From NCBI GenBank assembly GCA_028716525.1, contig JAQUPQ010000015.1, positions 1,237 to 65,236 of the forward strand: a stretch of 64,000 nucleotides of DNA, read 5' to 3'. The translations under genes were made by a program, and so were the position numbers. Source of the DNA: Terriglobia bacterium (GTDB lineage Bacteria; Acidobacteriota; Terriglobia; JAIQFV01). Positions 11,545 through 21,267 of this stretch are shown here, one piece after another. The notes below the pieces were generated by a model. The model made no database searches. It was given only the letters and a program-made list of their open reading frames with translations, and was not told the DNA's origin. How positions within the stretch are numbered: the first letter of the stretch is position 1; every line of letters begins with the position of its first letter.

Positions 11545-13545
11545 TTGAACATGACGACCCCGCAATCCATCTTCGGCGCTCACGGCCGCTTGTCGACCCT
11601 GCTGGATAACTTTGAGTTCCGTTCCGGGCAGCTCGACATGGCCGAAGCTGTGGAGCATGCCATCCAGCATCAACATCACTTGGTGGTCGAAGCCGGAACG
11701 GGCACCGGAAAAACCCTGGCCTATCTTGTCCCGGCCGTGAAGAGCGGCAAGCGCGTGGTCATCTCGACGGGCACCAAAAATCTTCAGGAACAACTCTTCT
11801 TCAAGGATATTCCCCTGGTGGAAGAATTGTTTCCCGGCGAATGCCATGCCTGCCTGATGAAAGGGCGCTCCAACTATCTTTGCCTGAAGAAACTTTCAGA
11901 AGCCAAGAAACAACCGATGCTGGAATCCATGGAGGAGGTCGACCTCTTCCAACAGATCGATGAATGGGCGCAAGCCACGGAATCCGGCGACCGGGCCGAA
12001 ATTCCCGATCTGCCCGAAGATTTGCCTTTGTGGTCGCGGCTCGACGCGCGCGCCGAAGACTGTCTTGGCAAAAAATGCTCCGATTACGAGCGCTGTTTCA
12101 TCGTCCGGATGCGAGCCCGCGCCGAGCAATCCAACATTATCATTGCCAACCACCACCTGGTGTTCGCCGATCTGGCGGTGCGGGAAAGCGATTTCGGATC
12201 GGTTCTCCCGGAGTATGAAGTTTTGATTCTGGACGAAGCCCACACCATCGAGAACATCGCCACGCAATATTTCGGAATTCAGATATCCAACTATCGGCTG
12301 GAGGAGCTGGTGCGCGACACTTACGCCGCCCTGCGAGCCCATGAAATTTCGAGCGGATCCATCGATGCTGTTTTGAATGATCTCTCGGCCCGATCGCTGG
12401 CTTTCTTTGGATTGCTGGCAGGAAAGGAGGGACGCTTCAATCTGATTCCCCGGCTGGAACAAACCGAACATCTAGGCTCTCATGCGGACCGTTTGGCCTC
12501 CGGCTTGGAAAAGCTCGAAGGTCAGTTGGGCGAGTTGCCCAACCGGCCCGAGATCATCTTCGCCTTGATCCGCCGTTCCAAGGAAATGCGGCAGGAGTTG
12601 GATTTCTTGCTGCGTCACGACAGTCGCAATCATGTGTACTGGCTGGAATGCCGTGGGGGTACTCGTCGGGCTCACGCTTCCCACAAACCCTCCCGCGGGG
12701 GCGTTTTCCTGCAGGCCTCACCCATCCATCTGGGAGGCCTTCTCAGGGAGAGGTTGTTCGATCATGTGCCCACGGTGGTTTTGACTTCGGCGACGCTCTC
12801 CGTGAGCGGAAAGTTTGAGTTCATCCGTTCCCGGCTCGGACTGGAGGAGTCGCCGGTGGAACGCGTTCGAGAAGCCCTGTGCCCCTCGCACTTCGATCAT
12901 CGCCGCCAGGCCATTTTGTTTGTTCCGACGCATCTGCCTCCGCCCGGTTCGGCCGACTACACCACGGCTTCGGTGAGTTTGGTGGCGCAGCTGCTCGAGC
13001 TGACGCAAGGTCGCGCCTTCTTCCTCTTCACATCCATTGAGCAGATGCAGCGATCCTTTCGGGTGCTGAAGAAAAGCATTCCTTATCCCGTCCTGATGCA
13101 AGGCCAATTGAGCCGCACTGCATTGCTGAACAAATTCCGCAAGACGCCGCACGCCGTCTTGTGCGCCACAGCCAGCTTCTGGCACGGTGTAGACGTCGTG
13201 GGAGAGCAATTGAGCTGTGTTATAATCGACAAGCTCCCGTTTGCTGTGCCGGACGATCCGATTGTTCGGGCGCGCACGGAAGCGCTGGAAGCTGCCGGGC
13301 GAAACGGTTTTTTGGAATATCAGGTGCCGGAAGCCGTCATTCAGCTCAAGCAAGGCCTGGGCCGGTTGATTCGGTCGACGCGCGATTACGGGCTGTTGGC
13401 CGTGCTGGACGACCGGGTCATCCGTAAAAGTTACGGGCAGATGTTTCTGGCCAGCCTGCCCGATTATCGGCTGACCCACAGCTTGGATGAAATCCGGCAA
13501 TTCCTGGAGTCGTTCGCAGCGGCCCGCCAGTCCCGCCGCAAATGA
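11545..13545 (+). CDS. ATP-dependent DNA helicase, DinG/Rad3 (DEAH, Fe-S) family
   Basis: Walker A AGTGTGKT, four-Cys Fe-S insert (CLMKGRSNYLC...CLGKKCSDYERC), DEAH box, C-terminal helicase motifs; 666 aa. Confidence 0.85.
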   Translation: MNMTTPQSIFGAHGRLSTLLDNFEFRSGQLDMAEAVEHAIQHQHHLVVEAGTGTGKTLAYLVPAVKSGKRVVISTGTKNLQEQLFFKDIPLVEELFPGECHACLMKGRSNYLCLKKLSEAKKQPMLESMEEVDLFQQIDEWAQATESGDRAEIPDLPEDLPLWSRLDARAEDCLGKKCSDYERCFIVRMRARAEQSNIIIANHHLVFADLAVRESDFGSVLPEYEVLILDEAHTIENIATQYFGIQISNYRLEELVRDTYAALRAHEISSGSIDAVLNDLSARSLAFFGLLAGKEGRFNLIPRLEQTEHLGSHADRLASGLEKLEGQLGELPNRPEIIFALIRRSKEMRQELDFLLRHDSRNHVYWLECRGGTRRAHASHKPSRGGVFLQASPIHLGGLLRERLFDHVPTVVLTSATLSVSGKFEFIRSRLGLEESPVERVREALCPSHFDHRRQAILFVPTHLPPPGSADYTTASVSLVAQLLELTQGRAFFLFTSIEQMQRSFRVLKKSIPYPVLMQGQLSRTALLNKFRKTPHAVLCATASFWHGVDVVGEQLSCVIIDKLPFAVPDDPIVRARTEALEAAGRNGFLEYQVPEAVIQLKQGLGRLIRSTRDYGLLAVLDDRVIRKSYGQMFLASLPDYRLTHSLDEIRQFLESFAAARQSRRK

Positions 13546-13728
13546 TCCCCGGTAAAAAATCAACGAGGGAGACGGACGCTGTCGGGGAGTTTCCCCGCGC
13601 CCCAGAGCCGCTCAATTGCAGTGACCGCCAAAGCCACGCCCAGTTCGACTTCCGCGACGTGCCACCCGCAGAATTCGATTTCCCCGGATTCTACCCGCAA
13701 CGGCGCCCTCCGCCTGAAGACCCGCACA

Positions 13729-14418
13729 CTCAAGATCAATGAAATCTTCTATTCTCTTCAGGGCGAATCGTCGTGGGCCGGACAACCCTGCGTGTTTGTC
13801 CGCTTGGCCGCCTGCAATCTGCGCTGCCAATGGTGTGACACCACCTACTCTTTTTACAGGGGCGAGCCGATGTCGTTCGAGGAAATTCTGCGGCACGTCG
13901 AATCGTTCCATTGCCGGCTCGTCGAACTGACCGGCGGTGAACCATTGTTGCAACCGGAGGCCGTGGCGTTAATGCAGGAATTGCTGGCGCGAAATTTCCG
14001 GGTGATGCTCGAAACCAGCGGAGAACAATCCATCGCTCCGGTTCCCCGCGAGGTCGTGAAAATTGTGGACGTGAAATGCCCTTCCAGCGGCGAGGCCGGC
14101 AAGTTTCATCCCGACAATTTGAAACACCTGGCGCCTCATGACGAATTGAAATTCGTGATCGCGGATCGCTCCGATTATGAATTCGCGCGGGAATGGATCC
14201 GTTCCAAGGCCATTCCGCCGGAGGTGACGATCCTGTTTTCTCCCTTGTTCGATTCGGGCCAGGATACACCCTTCGCCGCGGCTTCGCCGGATCCGCTGGC
14301 TTCAAGCGCCACCCGCGCACGCCAACTGGCGGAGTGGGTGTTGCGTGATCATCTGCCGGTAAAGCTCCAAACACAGCTGCAGAAATGGTTGTGGGGCACC
14401 GACACGCGCGGTGTCTGA
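13729..14418 (+). CDS. queE: 7-carboxy-7-deazaguanine synthase QueE (radical SAM)
   Basis: INEIFYSLQGES...CNLRCQWCDT radical-SAM/QueE motif. The ORF opens at 13621, but the first 36 aa are low-complexity; conserved QueE begins at LKINEIF, likely a non-ATG start near 13729. Confidence 0.8.
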   Translation, partial: LKINEIFYSLQGESSWAGQPCVFVRLAACNLRCQWCDTTYSFYRGEPMSFEEILRHVESFHCRLVELTGGEPLLQPEAVALMQELLARNFRVMLETSGEQSIAPVPREVVKIVDVKCPSSGEAGKFHPDNLKHLAPHDELKFVIADRSDYEFAREWIRSKAIPPEVTILFSPLFDSGQDTPFAAASPDPLASSATRARQLAEWVLRDHLPVKLQTQLQKWLWGTDTRGV

Positions 14419-14446
14419 GGCCGGCCTGTAGCAGGAAAGCGTTTCT

Positions 14447-15142
14447 ATGACATCCGAGAAAAGAAACCGGGCCGTGGTTTTGTTGAGCGGCGGCATGGAC
14501 AGCTGCGTGACCACGGCCATCGCCCGACTCCAGTATGACCTGGCGCTGTTGCACGTCGACTACCACCAGCGGACATCCACTCGGGAACGGCAATCGTTTG
14601 AAGCCATTGCCGACCATTATCAGGTTTCCCGGCGCTGGGCGACCACCCTGGATCATCTGAGAACGATCGGGGGTTCGTCACTCACAGATCCCGGTGTCGA
14701 AGTGTCCCCAGCCAATTTGAATTCCACCACCATCCCCAGCAGCTATGTGCCCTTCCGCAATGCGCATTTGCTTTCCATAGCGACGTCCTGGGCGGAAGTG
14801 ATGGGGGCAACGCGAATCTTTATCGGCGCCGTGGCGGAAGACAGCTCCGGATACCCGGATTGCCGTCGCCAGTTCTACGACGCTTTTGAACGCGCCATTG
14901 AGGCCGGCACCAAACCGGAGACGCATATTCGAATCGAAACTCCGGTTATCGCCATGCGAAAATCGGAAATCGTCCGAAAAGGCATCGAATTGAACGCTCC
15001 CCTGCATCTCACCTGGTCCTGCTACCGCAACACCGAGGTGGCTTGTGGGGAGTGTGATAGTTGTGCGCTGCGACTGCGGGGCTTTCAGCAAGCGGGTGTC
15101 GAGGACCCTATTCCTTATGCCCGGCGCCCCTCGCTGGTTTGA
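14447..15142 (+). CDS. queC: 7-cyano-7-deazaguanine synthase QueC
   Basis: PP-loop [11 protein letters not shown] and C-terminal Zn-binding cysteines (CYRN...[10 protein letters not shown]). Confidence 0.9.
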   Translation: MTSEKRNRAVVLLSGGMDSCVTTAIARLQYDLALLHVDYHQRTSTRERQSFEAIADHYQVSRRWATTLDHLRTIGGSSLTDPGVEVSPANLNSTTIPSSYVPFRNAHLLSIATSWAEVMGATRIFIGAVAEDSSGYPDCRRQFYDAFERAIEAGTKPETHIRIETPVIAMRKSEIVRKGIELNAPLHLTWSCYRNTEVACGECDSCALRLRGFQQAGVEDPIPYARRPSLV

Positions 15143-15266
15143 ACAAACTTTGTCTGCGACAATTTGGAATTTTGGCCGCGGTAGATTAGGATAGGAACGG
15201 ACTTTTAATATGGAGGGCGGTTCCGTAGACCATTTTAAGGCTCACCCGCCCTGGGAGGACTTCATG

Positions 15267-16370
15267 TTGAAGAAATTTTTTATCGGCATTTTGTTGGTGG
15301 CGGCGTTCGCCCTCGTCGGCTTTCTCGCACCACGACCCGTCTTCGCTCAAATCGGCGGCATCGAAGGCGATGTTAAAGGTATGAAAGGCGAGCCCCTGAT
15401 CGGCATCACCGTTCAACTGGACCGTAAGGAAATCAAGGGCCACTTCGAAACCAAGACGGACAAGAAGGGACATTATTTCCATACCGGCCTACCCTCAGGC
15501 ACCTATCGCATCTCCTTGTGGGATGGCACTCAACAGATCGATTTCCACGACAACATCCGGATCCCCAGCGGAGAACCCACGCTTCACGATTTCGATCTGA
15601 AAGCGGATCAAGAAGCGGCGATGAAGAACATCCCCAAAGAAGTCAAAGAGCAGATGGAGAAGCGCGAGCAGGAAGTCAAGAAGCAGGGCGATTTGAAGCA
15701 GCATTTTGAAGCCGGTGTGGCCTTCCAGCAAAGCAATCAATACGATAAGGCGCTGGAAGAGTTCCAACAGGCCGCGCAAATCGATCCGACGCAGTACGTG
15801 GTCTTTGGCCGCATGGCCGATACTTATTCATCCATGGGAAAGTTGGATCTGGCCGCCACGAATTTTCAGAAGACCATCTCCATCCTGGAGAGCAAACCGG
15901 ATCTGAAGCCCGACATGAAGCAAAATTTGGCGGGTTACTACAACAACTATGGCGGCGTCCTCGCCAAGGAAGGCAAGACCAAGGATGCCATGGACACCTA
16001 CCAGAAAGCCGCCAACATCAATCCCGAGAGCGCCGGGATGTATTTCTATAACATGGGCGCAGTGCTGACCAATGCCCACGCGCCCGTCGACGACCGCGTT
16101 GCGGCCTTCAAGAAAGCCACCGAAGCCGATCCCAAGAATGCCAACGCCTGGTATCAGTACGGATTGACGCTTTCCGAGAAAATGTCGTTCACGTCCGACG
16201 GGAAAGTGACGGCGCCTCCGGAAATGGTCGTGGCACTCAACAAATATTTGGAGTTGGACCCGCAAGGCAAATATGCGGAAGGCGCCAAAGGGCTGATCCA
16301 AGCAGCCGGGCAAACCGTGACGACCTCGGTCGGCATGCGCAAAGAAACCAAGAAAGGCAAGAAGCAATAA
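15267..16370 (+). CDS. Secreted carboxypeptidase-regulatory-like domain + TPR repeat protein
   Basis: Signal peptide MLKKFFIGILLVAAFALVG, CarboxypepD_reg-like beta-sandwich (GxVKG...PLxGxTVQ...GxYxI), then TPR-like helical repeats (YDKALEEFQQAAQIDP..., AMDTYQKAANINP...). Confidence 0.65.
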   Translation: MKKFFIGILLVAAFALVGFLAPRPVFAQIGGIEGDVKGMKGEPLIGITVQLDRKEIKGHFETKTDKKGHYFHTGLPSGTYRISLWDGTQQIDFHDNIRIPSGEPTLHDFDLKADQEAAMKNIPKEVKEQMEKREQEVKKQGDLKQHFEAGVAFQQSNQYDKALEEFQQAAQIDPTQYVVFGRMADTYSSMGKLDLAATNFQKTISILESKPDLKPDMKQNLAGYYNNYGGVLAKEGKTKDAMDTYQKAANINPESAGMYFYNMGAVLTNAHAPVDDRVAAFKKATEADPKNANAWYQYGLTLSEKMSFTSDGKVTAPPEMVVALNKYLELDPQGKYAEGAKGLIQAAGQTVTTSVGMRKETKKGKKQ

Positions 16371-16533
16371 TTAATGATACGGCCGGCGCGGTCCTTTCCA
16401 CGACACGGGACTCGCCGTCCGTCTGCAAGGAATGGCGCGGCGACTTGGGGTCCCTGACCCGCCTGAAATGAGACGGACCGCAGGCGCCGCGAATTTGCCT
16501 GCAGTTATTCATTGAAAAATTCAATCTCCGGAT

Positions 16534-17172
16534 GTGTCCATGCCGTCTCGAATGGAAATACGAACTTCCTTTTTTTTGTTGACGCTGGTAATGGCACTGG
16601 TCATCGGATTTCTGGCCGGTTATATCTACACCAATCAAGTCAACTGGAATGCCCAACGCGGCGCCCCGGCCGCAAATTCCGCCGACACGGCCGGACTTCC
16701 GCCGGCGTCCGCGGATACGTCCGGCCGATTGCCCGAAGGCCATCCTCAAATCAATCCCGAACCCGTGATCGCCGCCATGAAGGCCGACGCCGAGAAGGAC
16801 CCCGGTAACATCGAGAAGACGGCCCGCCTGGCGAATTTTCTTTATGACAGCAAGCGCTACACGGAGGCCATCGATTGGTACCAAAAGGCGCTGCAGCTGG
16901 ATCCGAAAAACGCCGACATTGAGACCGATCTCGGGACGGCCTATTACTACACCAACGATCCCGACTCGGCGCTCTTGCACTTCAACAACGCCCTGCGCAA
17001 CGATCCGCGGCATATTCAGACGCTTCACAACAAGTTCATCGTTCTTCTCGAAGGGAAAAAAGATACCGCCGCAGCGCGGGCGACGATGAAGCAATTGGAG
17101 ACGATTGCCCCCAATGATGCTTCGCTCAAGGAGCTGCGCGACATGCTCGACCGCGCCGAAAAGCGCCCCTAA
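16534..17172 (+). CDS. Membrane-anchored tetratricopeptide-repeat protein
   Basis: One N-terminal TM helix, then three or four TPR motifs (YTEAIDWYQKALQLDPKNAD..., ALLHFNNALRNDPRH...). Confidence 0.6.
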   Translation: MSMPSRMEIRTSFFLLTLVMALVIGFLAGYIYTNQVNWNAQRGAPAANSADTAGLPPASADTSGRLPEGHPQINPEPVIAAMKADAEKDPGNIEKTARLANFLYDSKRYTEAIDWYQKALQLDPKNADIETDLGTAYYYTNDPDSALLHFNNALRNDPRHIQTLHNKFIVLLEGKKDTAAARATMKQLETIAPNDASLKELRDMLDRAEKRP

Positions 17173-17226
17173 GCGTCGCTCCAAACCGGCGTGCGAGCCC
17201 GCCAGGCTGACTCGCTTCAAAACAGA

Positions 17227-17502
17227 ATGATCCAGTTTCTGCTGCGCATTATCTTCTACGTCTTCCTCCTGTTCCTCCTGCTCCGCGTGATCCGGAGTTT
17301 GTTTTCTCGACCCTCCAAACCGCGGCCCAATCCCTCCGGTTCAAGCCCTGATTCCAGTGCCGTCACCGGCCGCATGGAGAAGGATCCCGTGTGCGGAATG
17401 TATGTGGATGTGTCCACGGCGCTCAGGGAGGAGCGAAGCGGAAAATCGTTTTTCTTTTGTTCGGAAGAGTGCCGGCGCCGATTTTTGAAATCTTCCCCCT
17501 AA
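17227..17502 (+). CDS. YHS/TRASH-domain small membrane protein
   Basis: N-terminal TM helix, C-terminal DPVCGMYVD...FFFCSEECRRRF (YHS metal-binding domain). Start set at MIQFLL. Confidence 0.65.
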   Translation: MIQFLLRIIFYVFLLFLLLRVIRSLFSRPSKPRPNPSGSSPDSSAVTGRMEKDPVCGMYVDVSTALREERSGKSFFFCSEECRRRFLKSSP

Positions 17503-17662
17503 AGCATTCTATAGAATCCTGTCGGAGCCAGTGCGGTGCCGGTGAGTTTACTTTCCCTTTTCGCTTGCCTAGAATATTATGAATTTGCAGCGCGTAAAGT
17601 CTGTCTTCCGCGTGCTCCCGGCGTGGGGGCCGGTGAACAAACGCAGTTAGGATGAGGTCATC

Positions 17663-19090
17663 ATGCGACACCAATCCGGGCAACACACCCTCGCGGTTTT
17701 ATGGATAACCCTGGTTCTGACAGCCAGTTCTTTTCTTCTGGAAGCGCGCACCGGCGTCAAACCGGGATTCAACATTTTTACTCCCCAGCAGGACATCGAA
17801 ATCGGCCGCGCCTCGGCTCAAAATGCCGAAAAACAGCTGGTGTTGTTGAACGATCCCGCGGCGGACCGCTATGTCACGGACATCGGCAAGAAGTTGGCGG
17901 CCAAATCCATGAACCCGAATTATCCGTGGACCTTCAAAGTGGTGAACGACCGCGCCATCAATGCCTTTGCGCTTCCGGGCGGATTCATCTATGTGAACCG
18001 CGGCGCCATACAATCGGCCGACAATGAAGCTCAGATCGCCGGAGTGATCGGACATGAGATCGGCCATGTCGTGGCCCGCCATGGAACCAATCAAATCTCT
18101 AAAGCCATCTGGCCGCAAGTGGGATTGGCCATGCTGGGCAGCCTCACCGCCGGCCGCGGCGGTTGGGCCAACACCTTGGCGCAATACGGCATCCCCATCG
18201 GAGTCAACCTCTATTTCCTGAAAAACTCCCGGGAGCACGAAGCGCAAGCCGATCTTCTCGGCACTCAAGAAATCACCGACGCCGGGTACGATCCTCATCA
18301 ATTCGCTTCATTTTTTGAAAAGCTGGAACGCGACAATAAACAGAATATTTCCGGCGCCGCCGCCTGGTTCGCCGATCACCCTTCGCCCGCCAACCGAGTT
18401 CAAAGCATCGACCGGGAAATTGACGGATTGAATGTTCCCGGTCAACCGATTCGGGATACGACCCGCTTTGAAGACCTCAAGACTCATTTAAGATCTTTGC
18501 CGCCCGCTCCTCAGCCCAAGCCGGCCGGCGCGGGATCGAAGACCACCAGCTCCGCCGGGAGCGCGGCGTCTCAAAGCGCCAACATTCCCTCACCCTCCGA
18601 AAACTTCTCGCGCTTTTCAGCGCGCGGCAATCTGTACCTCGTGGAATACCCTTCCGGCTGGAATGTTTCGGCGGTCGGTTCGGGGGTAAGCTTTTGGCCC
18701 GAGGGAGGCCTGCAAAAAATCGAGGAACGCAGCGATTTGGTGTATGGAATTCAAGTCTCCATTTTCGAGCCCCAAGGTCACGGCGGACACCAGGATTCAC
18801 TCGACGCGATGACGGATCTGTTCGTCGGCAATCTTCTCAAAGGCAATAATTACTTGCAGGAAGACACTTCCGGGCATGTTCAGATGCGCGTGGGGAATGA
18901 TCGACTCCTGGTGACACAACTGGGAGGTAAGCCGCCGTACCGCCCCGAAGATTCCACCGTGCGAGTGGCCACCCGGATGTATGACGCCCACCGGCTTTTT
19001 GCGGTCGTGTGCATCGCGCCGACCGACCGCTTCAAGGAATTTGAACCCGCATTTCGGCACGTCTACGAAAGTGCGCGTTTCGAATTCTAG
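17663..19090 (+). CDS. M48-family zinc metalloprotease (secreted/periplasmic)
   Basis: Signal peptide, HEIGHVVARH (HExxH), downstream E and typical M48 context (NAFALPGGFIYVNRG). Confidence 0.8.
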   Translation: MRHQSGQHTLAVLWITLVLTASSFLLEARTGVKPGFNIFTPQQDIEIGRASAQNAEKQLVLLNDPAADRYVTDIGKKLAAKSMNPNYPWTFKVVNDRAINAFALPGGFIYVNRGAIQSADNEAQIAGVIGHEIGHVVARHGTNQISKAIWPQVGLAMLGSLTAGRGGWANTLAQYGIPIGVNLYFLKNSREHEAQADLLGTQEITDAGYDPHQFASFFEKLERDNKQNISGAAAWFADHPSPANRVQSIDREIDGLNVPGQPIRDTTRFEDLKTHLRSLPPAPQPKPAGAGSKTTSSAGSAASQSANIPSPSENFSRFSARGNLYLVEYPSGWNVSAVGSGVSFWPEGGLQKIEERSDLVYGIQVSIFEPQGHGGHQDSLDAMTDLFVGNLLKGNNYLQEDTSGHVQMRVGNDRLLVTQLGGKPPYRPEDSTVRVATRMYDAHRLFAVVCIAPTDRFKEFEPAFRHVYESARFEF

Positions 19091-19132
19091 GGAGGCGCAG
19101 ACTTTTTCGCCGAGGTTCACGCTCGACATTCC

Positions 19133-20731
19133 ATGTCCGATATCCGCAAGCCAACAACAGCTTCCGCGTCTGCGTCCCCAGCCGCTCGGGACTCCAGGCC
19201 CATCAACCCTTGGTTTGCCGCCTTGGCGGTGACACCGGCCACGCTGATGGAGGTTCTCGATTCCACCGTGGTGAATGTTTCCATCCCTCACATCGCGGGA
19301 TCCATGGGTGTCACCAATGCGGAAGCGACCTGGACCATGACCACTTATCTGGTGGCCAACGCCATCGTTCTTCCCATGACCGGATGGTTAGCCAACTATT
19401 TCGGGCGCCGTCGGCTGTTCATCATCTGCCTGTGGAGTTTTACGTTTGCCTCGGTGTTGTGCGGCGCAGCCCCTTCGCTGGGATTTATGCTGTTCTTTCG
19501 GGTGCTTCAAGGCATGAGCGGCGGCATCCTGGTCCCCATCGCCCAGGCCATCATGCTGGAGAGCTTTCCCCCCGAAAAACGCGGCCGCGCCATGGCCGCC
19601 TTCGCCATCATTATTATATTCGCTCCCATCGTGGGACCCATTTTGGGCGGTTTCATCACCGACAACTATTCCTGGCGCTGGGTTTTCTATATCAACGTAC
19701 CGGTCGGAGCGTTTGCGTTTCTGCTGGCCAACGCCTTGGTCTTTGACCCGCCTTACATCCGGCGCAAGCACAACGTCATCGATTACTTCGGATTGGCCCT
19801 GCTGGCCATCGGCCTGGGATCGCTCGAAATCGTTCTCGACAACGGCGAACTCAAAGATTGGTTCGGTTCCCCCTTCATCCGGAACTTCAGCTTCCTGGCT
19901 GCGGCGGCGTTGGTTGTTTTTATTTTCTGGGAATTGTCGACGGATCATCCCGTCGTCGACTTGCACCTGCTCAAAGATCGAAATTTCAGCGCCGGATTAT
20001 TATTGATGACCACGCTCGGCATGGTGCTGTACGGATCCATTGTCTTGCAACCCATCTATCTTCAAACCCTCATGGGTTACACGGCGCTTCTGAGCGGTTT
20101 GACGCTGGCGCCACGCGGGGTCACGAGCCTGCTCTTTGCGCCGCTGGCGGGCCGGCTGACCGAAAAGAAAGATGCGCGCTGGTTGATTGCCTTTGGCGTC
20201 ATCATGACATCGCTCACCCTGTGGATGATGTCGCACTGGAATCTGCAAACGGATTTCCGCGCTCTCATGCTGCCGAATTTGATCCAAGGCGCCGGCATCG
20301 TTTTCTTGTTTGTCCCGTTGACGACGGCCACGATGGCCTACATATCGAATGAAAACATGGGCATGGCTTCGGGACTTTATAACCTGATGCGGAACATGGG
20401 GGGCAGCGCCGGCATCGCTTTTGTCAACACGCTGCTCTCGCGGCGGCTGCAGTTCCACCATGAACGTCTGGCCGAGCACATCACTCCTTACAACCCGGCA
20501 ATGCAACAGGCCTTGCATCGGCTCCCAACCCTGTTGTTCCAACACGGGGTTCCATCCGGAAACACCAAGGCCCTAAGCTATGGAATGATCCACGGTGAAC
20601 TCTCGCGGCAGGCCGCCATGTTGGCCTTCATCGACAACTTTTGGATGTTGGGGCTCATTTTCCTCATCATGCTGCCGCTCCTCCTTTTAATGAAAAAACC
20701 GCCCCACCAGCAAATCAAAGCCGGCCACTGA
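19133..20731 (+). CDS. MFS transporter, DHA2 (EmrB/QacA, 14-TMS) drug:H+ antiporter family
   Basis: About 14 predicted TM segments; conserved LDSTVVNVSIPHI, GxLaDrxGrR-like loop and FRVLQGMSGG motif. Confidence 0.85.
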   Translation: MSDIRKPTTASASASPAARDSRPINPWFAALAVTPATLMEVLDSTVVNVSIPHIAGSMGVTNAEATWTMTTYLVANAIVLPMTGWLANYFGRRRLFIICLWSFTFASVLCGAAPSLGFMLFFRVLQGMSGGILVPIAQAIMLESFPPEKRGRAMAAFAIIIIFAPIVGPILGGFITDNYSWRWVFYINVPVGAFAFLLANALVFDPPYIRRKHNVIDYFGLALLAIGLGSLEIVLDNGELKDWFGSPFIRNFSFLAAAALVVFIFWELSTDHPVVDLHLLKDRNFSAGLLLMTTLGMVLYGSIVLQPIYLQTLMGYTALLSGLTLAPRGVTSLLFAPLAGRLTEKKDARWLIAFGVIMTSLTLWMMSHWNLQTDFRALMLPNLIQGAGIVFLFVPLTTATMAYISNENMGMASGLYNLMRNMGGSAGIAFVNTLLSRRLQFHHERLAEHITPYNPAMQQALHRLPTLLFQHGVPSGNTKALSYGMIHGELSRQAAMLAFIDNFWMLGLIFLIMLPLLLLMKKPPHQQIKAGH

Positions 20732-20804
20732 CCCTGCCGTTTGATCCTAAATTCCATATGAACACAGTGGATCGTAAAGCGATATATCCACCCTCGCTTC
20801 TACA

Positions 20805-20842
20805 AAAATCCGTAGCCCTTTACGGATTTTAGAATATTTTTT
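20805..20842 (+). terminator. Rho-independent terminator downstream of the MFS gene
   Basis: Perfect 10-bp stem AAAATCCGTA/TACGGATTTT with loop GCCCTT, followed by a T-run (AGAATATTTTTT). Confidence 0.6.
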
Positions 20843-21267
20843 GGGCCTCGCCGGGCCTTCGGAAACTCCGAAGTTGCGCATTGAAATTCCTGGAGGAAAA
20901 TGGATATGCCTTATCTTATGCATTTTTAAAATGTTAAAGGATCCCCTCCGAAGGGGAACGCTCCTCCCCGTGCAACAATATCGCAACACGATATAGTGTA
21001 CTGTTTTGGCTGGACGATTGCAGTACAACAATGTGCCAAATATTACAAGCTTAAGAAACTGATGTTTGAACGGGCGCGCGCGCCTTCGGGGTCTTGCAAA
21101 CACAAGTTATCGAGGAATGTTTAACGCTCTTCGTTCTGAGGAAATCGGGTGGGTTTTTCCGAGGCGGCTTGTCACGCAAGCCGCGTTTTGCCCCCAACAA
21201 TCAATTCGGCATCATGATCAGATTTCAGGCAGCACATTCAAACCCTACTTCGACAGGAGGATATTCC

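Noticed and set aside
11545-15142. Dpd 7-deazaguanine DNA-modification island
   Set aside because: Only queE/queC plus a generic DinG helicase. Lacks dpdA/tgt-like, dpdB, queD, folE and the additional dpd helicase/ParB-like genes. Retained only as a low-interest note.
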